64,000 bases of DNA from Nageia nagi (taxonomy: Eukaryota; Plantae; Pinophyta), in NCBI GenBank assembly GCA_050084985.1, contig JBITNC010000002.1, positions 4,402,001-4,466,000 on the forward strand. Direction: 5' to 3'. The notes under the pieces are model-generated. The model saw nothing but the letters and a program-made list of their open reading frames with translations. It did not search any database and had not been told where the DNA came from. Below, piece after piece: positions 1 to 11,598 of this stretch; positions within the stretch are counted from its first letter, which is position 1; each line of letters opens with the position of its first letter. The translations under genes were made by a program, and so were the position numbers.

Positions 1-514
1 ATTGCTTTCCTTACTTTATCTGCATTAGGCACTCTCGTTGCTTTGCATGTCTTACTTTACAGTCCCATTGACCTCTTTTGATCAGTGATGGACATTAATA
101 CAATTTCAATTTCAATATTCATTTTTTTATTATGAATTGTAGGTCAATTTCTTGGATTAGATTCGTGTCAGAGGGGTTCTCTTTCATCAAATTCACTCAT
201 GAGTTGCACCTAATCTCATCCACACTAACTAATCATCCATTGACTAAACTTAAAATATCCACATGATGTAAGAGGGGAGGAGTATTGAACGTGGGAACTC
301 CCTTTATCAACTTGAGAATTTTAACTTCCAACTTACTCTCTACATTCCCTCACATCTTTAGATAATATTTATTATTATCATTTAATATTTTATAACACTT
401 ACTAATCATCTTTATTGAATTGATATATTATGTAAGATTAGAGAAGATAAACCTTTTAATATCCTTTTAAACCTATTGATTTGTAAGATCTATCAAAATT
501 TATCCAAAAAATCA

Positions 515-536
515 ATATATATATATATATATATAT
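515..536. repeat. (AT)n microsatellite, about 11 units
   Basis: Perfect AT dinucleotide run read directly. Confidence 0.9.
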
Positions 537-1032
537 TAACAAAAATAAAATACCAAATAAAATAATGAAATTTATTTTGAATAAATATATATCAATTATA
601 TGCGTTTGAATTTACTAGATTTTATTTCTTTCATCAATTTTCAAATAATAAATAATAAAATAAACCATATTTTGGTGCTTCCGAGTTTCAACTTCTTGAC
701 TGCCTCGATTGTGCTAAATTTCCAGCAACCAAAAAAGAGCTCCGAGTCCAGTGATGTCTTGTTCTAGAACCACAAAAGAAAAGCTGGAATTTGGCTCCGA
801 TAAATATTGATTCCCTCAGATTGACCAATACCGTTTACACAGTAAGAACAAAAAACATTTAGAGGTCAGACGGTTTAGTCTCCACCATGAGAATCTGGAC
901 TTACTAGCTGTGACTAGAATAAGGTCTGATGCTGGGCAGGCTTTATCCAACAAGAAGAAAGCAGTCCTCTTTACTTACTGTTTGGTTGGTGCCATGACAA
1001 GACATTACACACTGAAAATTGGATGGGCAGTT

Positions 1033-1659
1033 TGTCTCTACTTAATTATACATCTATTCCCTGACCTCCAACAAAGGAACATGGACAATAAATCTTACAT
1101 TACAAGATTTACAGTCTCCGATTGAGAACTTGTGCTAAGAACAAATCAATAGTCCAATCAATGTGGTGGAAATGGAATTAACATGAGTTTAGATATTCGT
1201 TTTGTAAATCTGTTACGTTTGAGTTAAAGTTTTGATTAAGATGGCCACCCTCACCATCACTAGTCAAGTTCAACAAATCAATGCGGTGTCCTCCAGTAGT
1301 AAAGTCTATAGATTGGTTTAAAAGACATGGTTAAGATGACCACCCTCACCATCATTATCATCATTATATATACAACTCTCTCACACGGAATCTCAAGGCA
1401 TTTGATTTGTTTGTGCTTGAAATCATTCTTCTTCATCCCTTGCCAAGAAAGCTAGCAATTTTCTTTGGTGGGTGGCATTGAAAAATCCATAGATTGAACA
1501 AAAGCACTGAAAATCTTAGCAGGATCTATCCTAGTGTTATATGGTGGTGGGGTAATGGAGGCCACTACCACTTCCATTGAGCAAAAGAAGCCAAGTGGGT
1601 GTCTAGAGTGATTGTTTCTCGCACCAATTTATCATTTTCCTTTGTTTCATTGTTGTCTC
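1033..1659 (+). promoter_or_regulatory. Candidate auxin response elements (TGTCTC) at 1033-1038 and 1654-1659
   Basis: Exact ARF-binding hexamer upstream of an auxin transporter. A 6-mer can occur by chance. Confidence 0.3.
1236..1354 (+). repeat. Pair of 24-bp direct repeats upstream of PIN
   Basis: TTAAGATGGCCACCCTCACCATCA at 1236-1259 and TTAAGATGACCACCCTCACCATCA at 1331-1354 (1 mismatch). Confidence 0.85.
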
Positions 1660-1726
1660 AGAGCTTGGATGCCATTGTAGCAGCAGTATAGCGTAGTTTA
1701 GGTGTGTGTTTTGTTAGTTCGGAACA

Positions 1727-4700
1727 ATGATTAATGGAGCAGATCTCTACAATGTCTTGACTGCAGTCGTGCCACTCTATGTGGCAATGATTTTGGCCTA
1801 TGGGTCTGTGAAATGGTGGAAGATCTTTACTCCAGATCAGTGCTCTGGTATAAACCGGTTTGTGGCTCTTTTTGCTGTCCCTCTTCTTTCTTTCCATTTC
1901 ATCTCCACCAATGACCCATATACCATGAACTTGAGATTCATAGCAGCAGATTCCCTGCAAAAAATACTGGTTTTGGTAATGTTAGGCATATGGACCAAGA
2001 TGGGAAAAAGTGGGAGCCTTGAGTGGATGATCACTCTGTTTTCACTCTCCACACTGCCTAACACTCTTGTCATGGGAATTCCTCTGTTGAAAGCAATGTA
2101 TGGGAATTTCTCTGGAGATCTAATGGTGCAGGTGGTGGTATTGCAGTGCATTATCTGGTACACTCTCATGCTCTTCATGTTTGAGTACAGGGGAGCAAAG
2201 TTGCTGATCATGGAGCAGTTCCCTGATACAGCTGCTTCAATCATTTCATTCAGGGTGGATTCTGACGTAATATCTCTGGATGGCAGAGAGCCTCTGCAGA
2301 CAGATGCAGAGGTGGGAGAGGATGGGAAACTTCATGTTACAGTGAGAAAATCCACTTCATGTCGCTCTGTATATTCTTCTCATAGATCCCAAGGGCTAAG
2401 CCTCACACCTAGGCCTTCCAATTTGAGCAATGCAGAGATCTACTCCATTCATTCTTCCAGAAACCCAACACCCAGAGGCTCAAGCTTCAACCACACTGAT
2501 TTTTTCTCCATGTTTGCCAGGAGCCCTCGCCAATCCAATTTCGCCCACTCTGATATCTACTCACTTCATTCCTCAAGGGGCCCCACACCCAGAACCTCAA
2601 ATTTTGATGAAGAGAATTTCAAAGACTTGAACAACAAGGTCACCCAGAGTGGCAACAATGCCAATTCTCCTAGGTTGGGAGCACCCATATACACTGGAGC
2701 AACTTACAGTTATGGGTTAAGGGGCCAAGGAGGGACCATGGTGAATGGATTTGAACAGAGCCGATCTGTTATTCATGGAAATGTGAGCTCGAATGGAGGA
2801 GGATACCCTGCTCCAAATCATGGTATGTTGTCTCCCAATATGAATAGAACAATAAAGAAGAGTCCTGTTGATCCAAGGACATCTCATCAGACCAGGGTGG
2901 TGGAGGATAACAAGGAGCTTCATATGTTTGTTTGGAGTTCTAGTGCATCCCCTGTCTCAGAGGCAAACCACCATGTATTTGCTCATGGCCCAGATTTTAC
3001 AGGTCCTGATAGCACCAACAATTCGCATGCCAAGGAAGTTACGATATTGTCCTCGTCGCCCATCGCTGCACAAGCACCCAATGGAACGAATGGTCAGTAT
3101 CCTTCTCTTCTGGTATTGCATAATAGAAAAAAAATCAAGCATTTTTTTGGCCCTTACAAAATAGGTCACATTTGAACTTGAATTCTGAAATAAAGAAAAG
3201 AACTATGTGTTTCAAATCGGGAATCAATTCGAATTTTAATGTAGAGTTATTGGAGGTAAGGATGATTTGAATAGGTGAAGTCAAAGAGGATAAAGAGGTG
3301 ATTTGATGTTGCAGGTTTGAACGATCCTCATGGAACCTATGAAGAGTATTTGCCTGAGGAATTTAGCTTTGGGAATAGGGGACTACCCCAGGAGGAAATA
3401 TATTCTAAGGGAGCTCCTCCTCCTCCTCCTAGTCTGTCCAAATTCGGTTCCAGTTCAACAGCAGAGCTCCATCCCAAGAGCCAGAATGTGCCGAAATTCA
3501 CAAATATGCCCCCTACTAGTGTCATGACCAGACTTATTCTTATCATGGTGTGGAGAAAACTCATCCGCAATCCCAATACTTATTCAAGTCTTATAGGCCT
3601 CATTTGGGCACTCATCACCTTCAGGTTTGTTGCTTGATGCATCACATTGTTGTCTTTGTTTGCGAGTAGTTCTGCCGTATGTTATTATCTTTCATCTAAC
3701 TATAATGTAATAGTCCATGTTGTCCGCAATTGATTCAATAGATGTGGACAGATTGTTATTTGCATTGCAAATAAAGCATTTGTATTATATCAGACCCAGA
3801 CTAATACCAAAAGATAGATACGGAATTCTATGCTAGTTTGAAACCTTATTTTCCTAGACAAATCTTGCAAAACTGGATCCATGTTTGGCAGTAAGAGTAT
3901 TATTCAAGTGAATGATCATAAGGATTTCCTTGAATAAGTAAGTATGAATATACGATTTCCAAAGGAGATACTGGGTGTTTTTATGAAGAGATTTTGTGTT
4001 GCTTTGTATTCACATTCAAGAAGTCAGATTTATTTCTTGTGTTTACAATCATTTCTTGCAGATGGAAAATTGAAATGCCAGCAATCATAGAGCAATCGAT
4101 AAGAGTACTGTCTGATGCTGGCCTCGGTATGGCCATGTTCAGTCTGGGTATGAAACTTAATTATTCTTTTTTGTGAAGTGTCTTTCTGCCCATTCTTAGA
4201 ATTCGATTTATGCAGCAAAATAAACCAAAAATCTTTCAGTCGTTTAGAAATACAACAAACTTATCCCATAAAGAATGTTAGCAGTGACGTAACTATTCTT
4301 GCACCTCTGATTTCCTCTTTGTATCACAGGACTTTTCATGGCACTACAACCCCGAATCATAGCCTGTGGAAATTCAATTGCAGCATTTGCAATGACTGTC
4401 AGGTTTCTCACAGGGCCAGCTGTAATGGCTGCAGCTTCTATTGTTGTCGGCCTCAGGGGGATGCTACTTCATGTTGCCATTGTTCAGGTTTATGATTAGT
4501 GCTTGCTTTGAAAAATAACTTAGATATGGTAGGAATTTAGGAAATAAGGCCTATTCTGTTCCACAAATTCCTTTCACGTTTTTCAAGAATCATCTGTATG
4601 ACTCTATCCATTCTCAGATTCATCAACTTATTTTAATGTGGTGGTGAAAGGAACCTTTCCACTTTGAACTTGTATCTCCCAACTATTTCTTGATCTCTAT

Positions 4701-5279
4701 TGCTTTCTTTGGTTTTGTCTGTTATTCTTTCCTTTGTGTCTCTTTTTTGAGGTTAGAGAAGATATCTTCGCTATACATTACATTGCATGGAAATTACAGT
4801 TCCATTAACCATTTTCCATCTACCATTGGACATTTAGGGCTAATTTCATTTCACTCCCTTTGAGAAACACTTGTATTCTTATTGTATTCAATAATTTGAT
4901 TGACAAGCCCTTTAACTACATTTTCCCTTTTTTATGGCTTTTACAAAATTTTGAATTCAGAGATCTTATGCCATGTTTTGTTGGTGTCAAGCAGGCAGCA
5001 CTTCCTCAAGGCATTGTTCCCTTTGTGTTTGCTAAAGAATACAATGTGCATCCAGATATACTAAGCACTGCGTAAGTCTAGGTTTTTAAAAGTTTTGTTT
5101 TGAAATCAAAATGAGGACAAGAATCCTTAAGACAACACTATACTATATATAAAACATGTCCTTAGTTCAAGATTTCAACATTGGACTAATAGTGGGCTTG
5201 CATTATTTACAGGGTGATATTTGGCATGTTGATAGCACTGCCAATTACTCTGGTGTATTATATTCTTCTTGGAGTTTGA
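1727..5279 (+). CDS. PIN: Canonical long PIN-FORMED auxin efflux carrier, 687 aa; exons 1727-3092, 3315-3624, 4062-4147, 4330-4487, 4995-5071, 5213-5279
   Basis: N-terminus [33 protein letters not shown], three TPRxS sites, [21 protein letters not shown] and the C-terminal [14 protein letters not shown]...[13 protein letters not shown]. All introns are GT-AG and phase-consistent. The last four exons (86/158/77/67 bp) have the conserved PIN sizes. Total 2064 bp, in frame. Confidence 0.98.
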
Positions 5280-7026
5280 AGCATTCAAGCCTAATTAAAG
5301 AAGAACTACAAGAAGCCTTATTTTCATGCACTTAAAGTTCCTTTACATTGAATGCCACCATCTAATACACAACAAACAGTGCAACATAAATCAATTATGA
5401 CACTAAGTTGAGGGCCTAAAGAATCCATGTTCGGCAATGCAGCAAAGCCTTGCTTGGTGCATGTTTTCCTCAAAAGATTTCACCTGTATTGGACTACAGA
5501 TTCTGTCAATGTTTGCATTGTCTACTTCAAAGAGGCGTTGTCACTTTCAATCCCTTTTCACACCCATTTTTGAGGCAGCATTTAGCTGATTGTGGGTGTC
5601 GATTCTCCCTAAACAGAAACTAACTTGTAGGTTCTTCTAATGTTCATTAAGTGGAGGCTACAATATTTTTTGTTGGTTGCTGTCTTTCTTTTTTTGTAAA
5701 GAGAATCCATGAAAAAGGCAAGTGACCTGTAAGAGCTGCAAATCAGTTTGGTGCAACATCTAACATAAAATTAGCTTATTTTTCTCTTTCATTTTGTATA
5801 TATATATCCTTTTGCATGGAATTGTTCACAAGGACCCTTCTCTCATGATCTTGAATGGAACACTTCACAGAATAGTTAGATTTTAGTCACTCTTTTAATC
5901 CTTTACCTTCTACTTATTCAAGATTTGTGTTCTCCCCTTGAGTTGACCTCCATTAAATATGCCAAAGTGGATCGGTAAGCATAAACAGCACATATCTTTA
6001 TATAACATTCAATGGATCAAGTTAACCACATATCTGGGAGGGCATTCAACATGTGAAGACTCTCACGAGAAATATGATAACAAATATTTGATAAGAAATT
6101 CTTCCTGAGCATCTCTCGTTTTCAAATCGAAGTGGGTCATGTTACTTGACCTTTGACAAGGATTTCAGAAGAAAAGTAGAATGACCCACATCATGCAACT
6201 ACCTACCCTTTCTTTATTGCTCTCTAAAGTATAAAAATCTACCATTTTGGCTTTCACTGTGGACTTTCACAGATCACTTCATATTCTTATTCTGACTTTT
6301 AGCACTTGCAATCTATCTGGTTTTGAGTGTTCAGATAGCAATAACAGCTCTTTTTCTAATCCCAATGAAATGAAATATTAAAAGAAGTACATCAGCTTTA
6401 AGTCAATGCCGTGCAGCAGATTCATGGTCTCAATCTGACCAAGCTGATCATTTTCTGTAAAAAACAATCATGTCAAACTGATATGAATGTCCTATGGCTG
6501 TAAGGTAATTTGTCCTCTTACCCCCGAGGTAAACATAATTAGATAAATACAATATCAGCAAAGCTAGAGAAGTGTATAAAAAGCTGGACCGGATGTAAAG
6601 TTTAAACGAGTATCCCAACTCTCATTCTTAACAGTGAGCTACGTATTGCCATTTGTCTTCTAATCCTTCAAAATGTTATAGTTCCATCTTAACTAATTAA
6701 ATGCTTACTTGTCTAGAAATTTCTGAAGGCAGGCCCCTCCTCGAAAGGCTTGTTCACGAGGGATATGGATATTTTTTACTCTCTCATGAAGCGATTAATT
6801 GAATGGATTTGGTAGATTTTTTTACATATTTATTTAGGAGTTTCTTAGATTTCAATTTTTATCAAGTTAAAAGTTATTATCTTATTTTGTTTGGATTAAA
6901 ATTTATAAACTTTGTAATAAGTATTTAGATATATTGTCATAATCAAATTAGAAATAATATGGTTAAATAAATTATAAGAAGTAGAAATAATAATTTACAA
7001 TAAAATTAATTAATAATAAAATGTAA

Positions 7027-7551
7027 ATGTTAAAAATAGTCATATTTGATATCAATTGTTTAATGTAATGAGAGTGTGTGTTTTTATATCACTTTAAGAG
7101 GATCAACCTTTCGGATCTTATCAATATAAATAAAAGTAAGAAGTAATATTTGATGATCATAATCTAAATGATAATGTTACAAATGTGTAGTTTGAGATAT
7201 TACGAGCATTAATACTTAAGATCAAATGTTGACTTTATTAATATCAATTCTTTCTTAAGGGTGTGAGCTAATTAAATATACTAGACATCATACACTAGAT
7301 TGGGGATCATTATATCCCCTCCCCCTTCAAAAAATATTTTTTTCAATGCCATACACTTTTGTAGTATCTTCACTAGTTCCCAAATCATATTTGCTTTTGC
7401 AATGTCCTTTTATTCAATGAATACTTCATACACCACTCATTGTCTTGGGTTCCTTTCTTCCTCCTTTAATACTTCTTTAAGTTCCACCATGACCTTTCCC
7501 TCTTCATCCAATTTTGAAAGTCTTGTTTGTACTTACATATTTTTCCCTAAT
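7027..7551 (-). mobile_element. 3' fragment of a chromoviral Ty3/Gypsy element (integrase C-terminus/chromodomain, PPT, short 3' LTR)
   Basis: Minus-strand reading ...RLSKLDEEGKVMVELKEVLKEEERNPRQ*VVYEVFIE*KDIAKANMIWELVKILQK...FFEGGGD. PPT AAGGGGGAGGGG near 7316-7328, then an LTR starting TGATCCCC near 7310. The left LTR end is approximate. Confidence 0.65.
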
Positions 7552-9139
7552 TGATTTGAAAATGATTATTTCAGAGATTAGATGTATAGGAGTGGAGATC
7601 ATTGCCAGGTATCTGCTATATGTCATTTGTATTTGGTGTATGTTTAGATTTTGGGAGATTGTAGTGTTTAGTGTTAGATGCATCCTGGAGGTATGACATG
7701 ATCTAAATCATGTAATACTTTTTGCATGATTGACATGACTTGAAGAGGTTGACTCGACCTATGCCCTAAGTATCTACCTAACTTGTCAACATTAATATAG
7801 GGTGAATAAAATAGATTCAGGGAAGTTAAATCATTTTTTGGTTGTTTTGAAGTTATCTTAGTAGTTAGGGAGTCGTTACCAACTAAAGGGATACTAGTTT
7901 AGACTTATATATACTTCCTTATACACTTTATTTATGGTTGTTGGATGCTTATTGAAGGTTTATAAACCAATTTTGAGAATTCTTGAGCGTTGAGAAGCTT
8001 AGGAAAGTTGTAGATCTAATATAGTTGATTGAGGAGCTATTTTTAGAGACTTGTTGTGATAAAGATTAACACCCCTTCGAATAATGTTCTTAAATGAATA
8101 TCACTAAGTGTTATTCCTCTCAGGTATCAACAGGTATATGAAATTATCTAGTATTAACCTCCATTCTAGGTAGTCTAAATCATATGATAGTTAAACTAAA
8201 CCTATTGATGTATCAAGCAGCCTAGGATCATAACCCTATTCAATCTCTATTGAATATAACGTGTTAATATTTGAGATCATTGATTTTTATTTAACTCAAA
8301 AGGGAAATAATGATTTCTTAAAGAGAGAATGATCTGATACCTCTAACCAACCTAAACTAAAGTGCATATCAGTGCCTTATCCATTACATCATAGAGTTAA
8401 AAAAATACTAAGAAAGAATGAAAAAGAAGATTGGACCCATTGTCAATCACTCAACCAACACATACTGTGAATGTCATGTATTGAAAAATGAAGAAATGTT
8501 TATTCATTATTTGATACTTATAATAATAAATGAAGTAAAAATAATAACACATCACATAAGCTCAAGGAAATACAACAAAGAAAATACCCTTGAAATATTG
8601 TAACCAAAGTTCTTACACCATGATATTGTACAAAAACTTGATACAACATACAATGTCTTTTTCAATTATAAACATAATAGATTGCCCAAATAATGTGATA
8701 ACCCCTAGGAAAAATACTTTACCCAACCTATAATACTTGAGAGCTGGGTGCAAGATTAATTATATCATAACATGTTCTCTGGAACATTTCTTGTAAACCC
8801 ACATGATAGATGCTTCATAATTAATGAAAAGTAACATAGGAAAAAGATTGTACAAACTAAAAAAAACCTAGAATGGACACCAAATGTACCTAGCTAGCTT
8901 GATAACTCGAGAAAAGATCCTTATCCAAACCTTTTCCTTCTTTTTATATACTTTGGTGCAAACCCTAAAAAAAAATAACAACTTTGATTCCATAAGTTAT
9001 GCTGGCTTAAAATATCTAAAACCAAGTATCCTCTTTCCTAAAAAGCATTTCACATCTAATTGCCATGTGTCCCTTGAGTATTATATGTTTAATAAAGTTA
9101 CAAGTGTATATTAAATCCATAAAACAAAGACTTTATTTT

Positions 9140-10460
9140 CTCTTTATTCTAGTTAACACCTTGTGGGTAACTTTTTCAAAATTTTCCCACAAATTCCATT
9201 CTTCTTGACTAAAATCTGGCAACTCTTGTAAGACTTGATATAATACCACTGATTCCTTATCTAGTTTCGATTTTTTGATTCATAATTAGATATCAATTTT
9301 TCCATTTGCACAAATTGATTTGCAACTTGCAAAAATATTTCATATTTTTCATTTGTTTCTAAGGAAATTTTCATCAACCTTGATTTTCATTACTAAATTT
9401 CTTCCTTAGCTTGTAATCCAGTTATATCTATGTTATATGTTAATTGTATCTTACGCCCCTCTTTCTCTAGATATTTCATTAGCAAGATTGGTTTTTCCAC
9501 AAACAACTCAACTTTATCATACATCGTATAGTTGAATAGATTCTATTTACCCTTTCTCTAAAGGTATATTAAGTTCCTAGCACTAGCTAATTACACACAA
9601 ATTTGTAATCCCTTTAATAAAACCAAAACTTGATTTAATCTTACTTCTTCCTCTTGAAATTACAATAGCTTGATTTTCAACCTTTGAAATCATATCCTTT
9701 AAAGTCTTATGTAACTCAACCATAGTTATCATTCCTCTACAAGTTTTATCATTCTTTTTAAATAACCATATCATCATATCAGGCTCTACTTTTTCATTTT
9801 TTAACTTTTTTTCCCTTTATAATCAGGAGTTACCTCAGGTACTATCTTTCTTAGTTCTAAAAGAACTTCACTAACTTCCTCAAAAAGTTGAGTTGATGAT
9901 TATTTTGTACCTTTTGAGAATACACCTATTTCCTTTCCTTTATCACCATTTTGAGCTTGAATCGAAAATGAAGGAGTGATAAATGTCTGAGGAGAACTTG
10001 ATTCTCCCAATTCTTTTGAAGGTACTACTATTAGAGGGTCAATAAGTTGAGGTAATGGGAGAGCCTCAATCATTGGGGTTTCTTCTTCTTTCTCTTTTAT
10101 CAATAAAACAACACTAGTGAAATCTTTCTTGGAGAATTCCCAAGGAGCTACAAAACATATGATGAAGCTTCTTATATTCTCAATTATTTTGATGTTGATA
10201 CGTCCTCAACATTTTGTACATACATTTTATATCCAAAAGGTATAATAAAAATGTATTTCTGATACTTCTTGGTAGAAATAAGGTCCATAGGGAAACTTTT
10301 ATCCTAAATAATAAGAGCTTTAAGTAATATTTATGTTTGTGTCAACTAAGTTTCACACATTTTCAACCTTTTCAATATTTCTTCCTATACAGGATCTCTC
10401 TAAAATGGAATAATAGACTGGGGAATATGCTCAATATGAGTTAATAATGCTAAGGCTCAT
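9140..10460 (-). pseudogene. Degenerate retroelement accessory ORF (about 440 codons; CxxC, acidic Ser/Pro linker, putative coiled-coil C-terminus)
   Basis: One frame from ATG 10460 through KFPYGPYFYQEV...NVCTKC...FVAPWEF into the 9900-10103 ORF. A frameshift then leads into the 9583-9777 ORF. Several premature stops. Confidence 0.6.
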
Positions 10461-10614
10461 GAATTCTTTTTCTCCTCTTCTACCCTCTTAAGTACTTCCA
10501 CAATTGGTGTTGGCCTTTTGCTTGTGTTAGTGTTGTCATTAATTTTCAAACAGCATAAGGAGGCCATGTCGAGATGTACATGATTTTCACATTACCAAAA
10601 TGTCAAAGAAACAT

Positions 10615-10624
10615 ATTTATATAA
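10615..10624 (-). promoter_or_regulatory. Candidate TATA box (TATATAAATA) between the 20-bp array and the accessory ORF
   Basis: The plus strand reads TATTTATATA. It lies immediately beside the array, 75-155 bp upstream of candidate ATGs at 10539 and 10460. Confidence 0.45.
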
Positions 10625-10636
10625 AGCTTTCGAGCT

Positions 10637-11598
10637 AAGATGCAACATGGAATACCTTATGTAAAAACAAATAAGGCTTGTATGATCAAGTTATAGCTTA
10701 TGTGGTTAGTTACATGCTTATGTAGAGAAGAACAAGCATATGCAATCCAAAATAGTACTTATATGGTCGAAGAATGCCTTATGTGGTGAGGAACATGCTT
10801 ATGTGGTCAAAGGATACCTTGTATAATGGTAAATAAGCATATGTGGTGGTAAATAATGTTATGCGATGGTAAACATGGTTATGCAATGGTCAACAGTGTT
10901 ATGCAATGGCAAAAAGGCTTATGCGATGAGGCAAAGACTTATGCAGAGATCCAAAGGCTTGTGTGAATAGAGACATGCTTGTGCATTCAAAATAAATGTT
11001 ATGCAAAGAAAAAAAGCATTATACAAAGAACAACAAAGTTATGTGATCAGATAAGGGCTTATTCAGAAGCTTATATGATAATCCTTATGCGATGGTCTAA
11101 GCTCTTATGCGGTTAGATATAGTATTATGCAGACAGATGAAAGCATATGCAAAAGCTTATATGGTAATTCTTATGCGATGGAACAAGGGCTTATGCATAA
11201 GCTTATGTAGAGTTACCTAGTTGTTATGTAGAGAGCCTAAACCTTGTGTGGAGAGCAAAATCCTTATACAAAGATATGATGTGTTATGCAATGAACATGA
11301 TGTGTTACGCAGTCAGAGAATACGTTATGCAAATAGGTGAGGGCTTATGCAAAAGCTTATGCGAGTTGCCAAATCATTATGCGAAGAGCCCAGACCCTTA
11401 TACAGAGACCAAAATCCTAATGTAGAGGCAATAAGGGCTATGAAAAGCTTACAATCCTTACATGGTGAAGATAAGTTGTATGCAGTAAGGTAAAGGATCA
11501 TGTGAAAATATTATGTAGTTACCAATAGCCTTATATGGAGACACAAAGTATTATGTGGAAACCCAAAGTCTTATGTAGAGGAGTGAAGTCTTATGAGT
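10637..11598. repeat. Periodic array of about 50 units: TTATGCG-like core with variable ~13-nt spacers, 20-bp period
   Basis: Core starts at 10759, 10779, 10799 ... 11059 (16 consecutive units exactly 20 bp apart). Short 11-14 bp units recur at 11059, 11145, 11191, 11345, 11438 and 11498. Confidence 0.95.

Noticed and set aside
1542-1579. Short hairpin upstream of PIN as a miRNA precursor
   Set aside because: Stems of only about 9 bp, too short for a plant pre-miRNA.
2400-2610. Internal duplication in the PIN loop (IYS.HSSR.PTPR.S)
   Set aside because: A standard feature of canonical PIN hydrophilic loops, not novel.
1658-4495. Antisense and alternate-frame ORFs over PIN
   Set aside because: Shadow frames of the PIN exons with no independent coding features.
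10637-11598. CRISPR array
   Set aside because: The core (7-8 nt) and spacers (~13 nt) are far too short, there are no cas genes, and the context is a eukaryotic retroelement. Kept as a periodic motif array.
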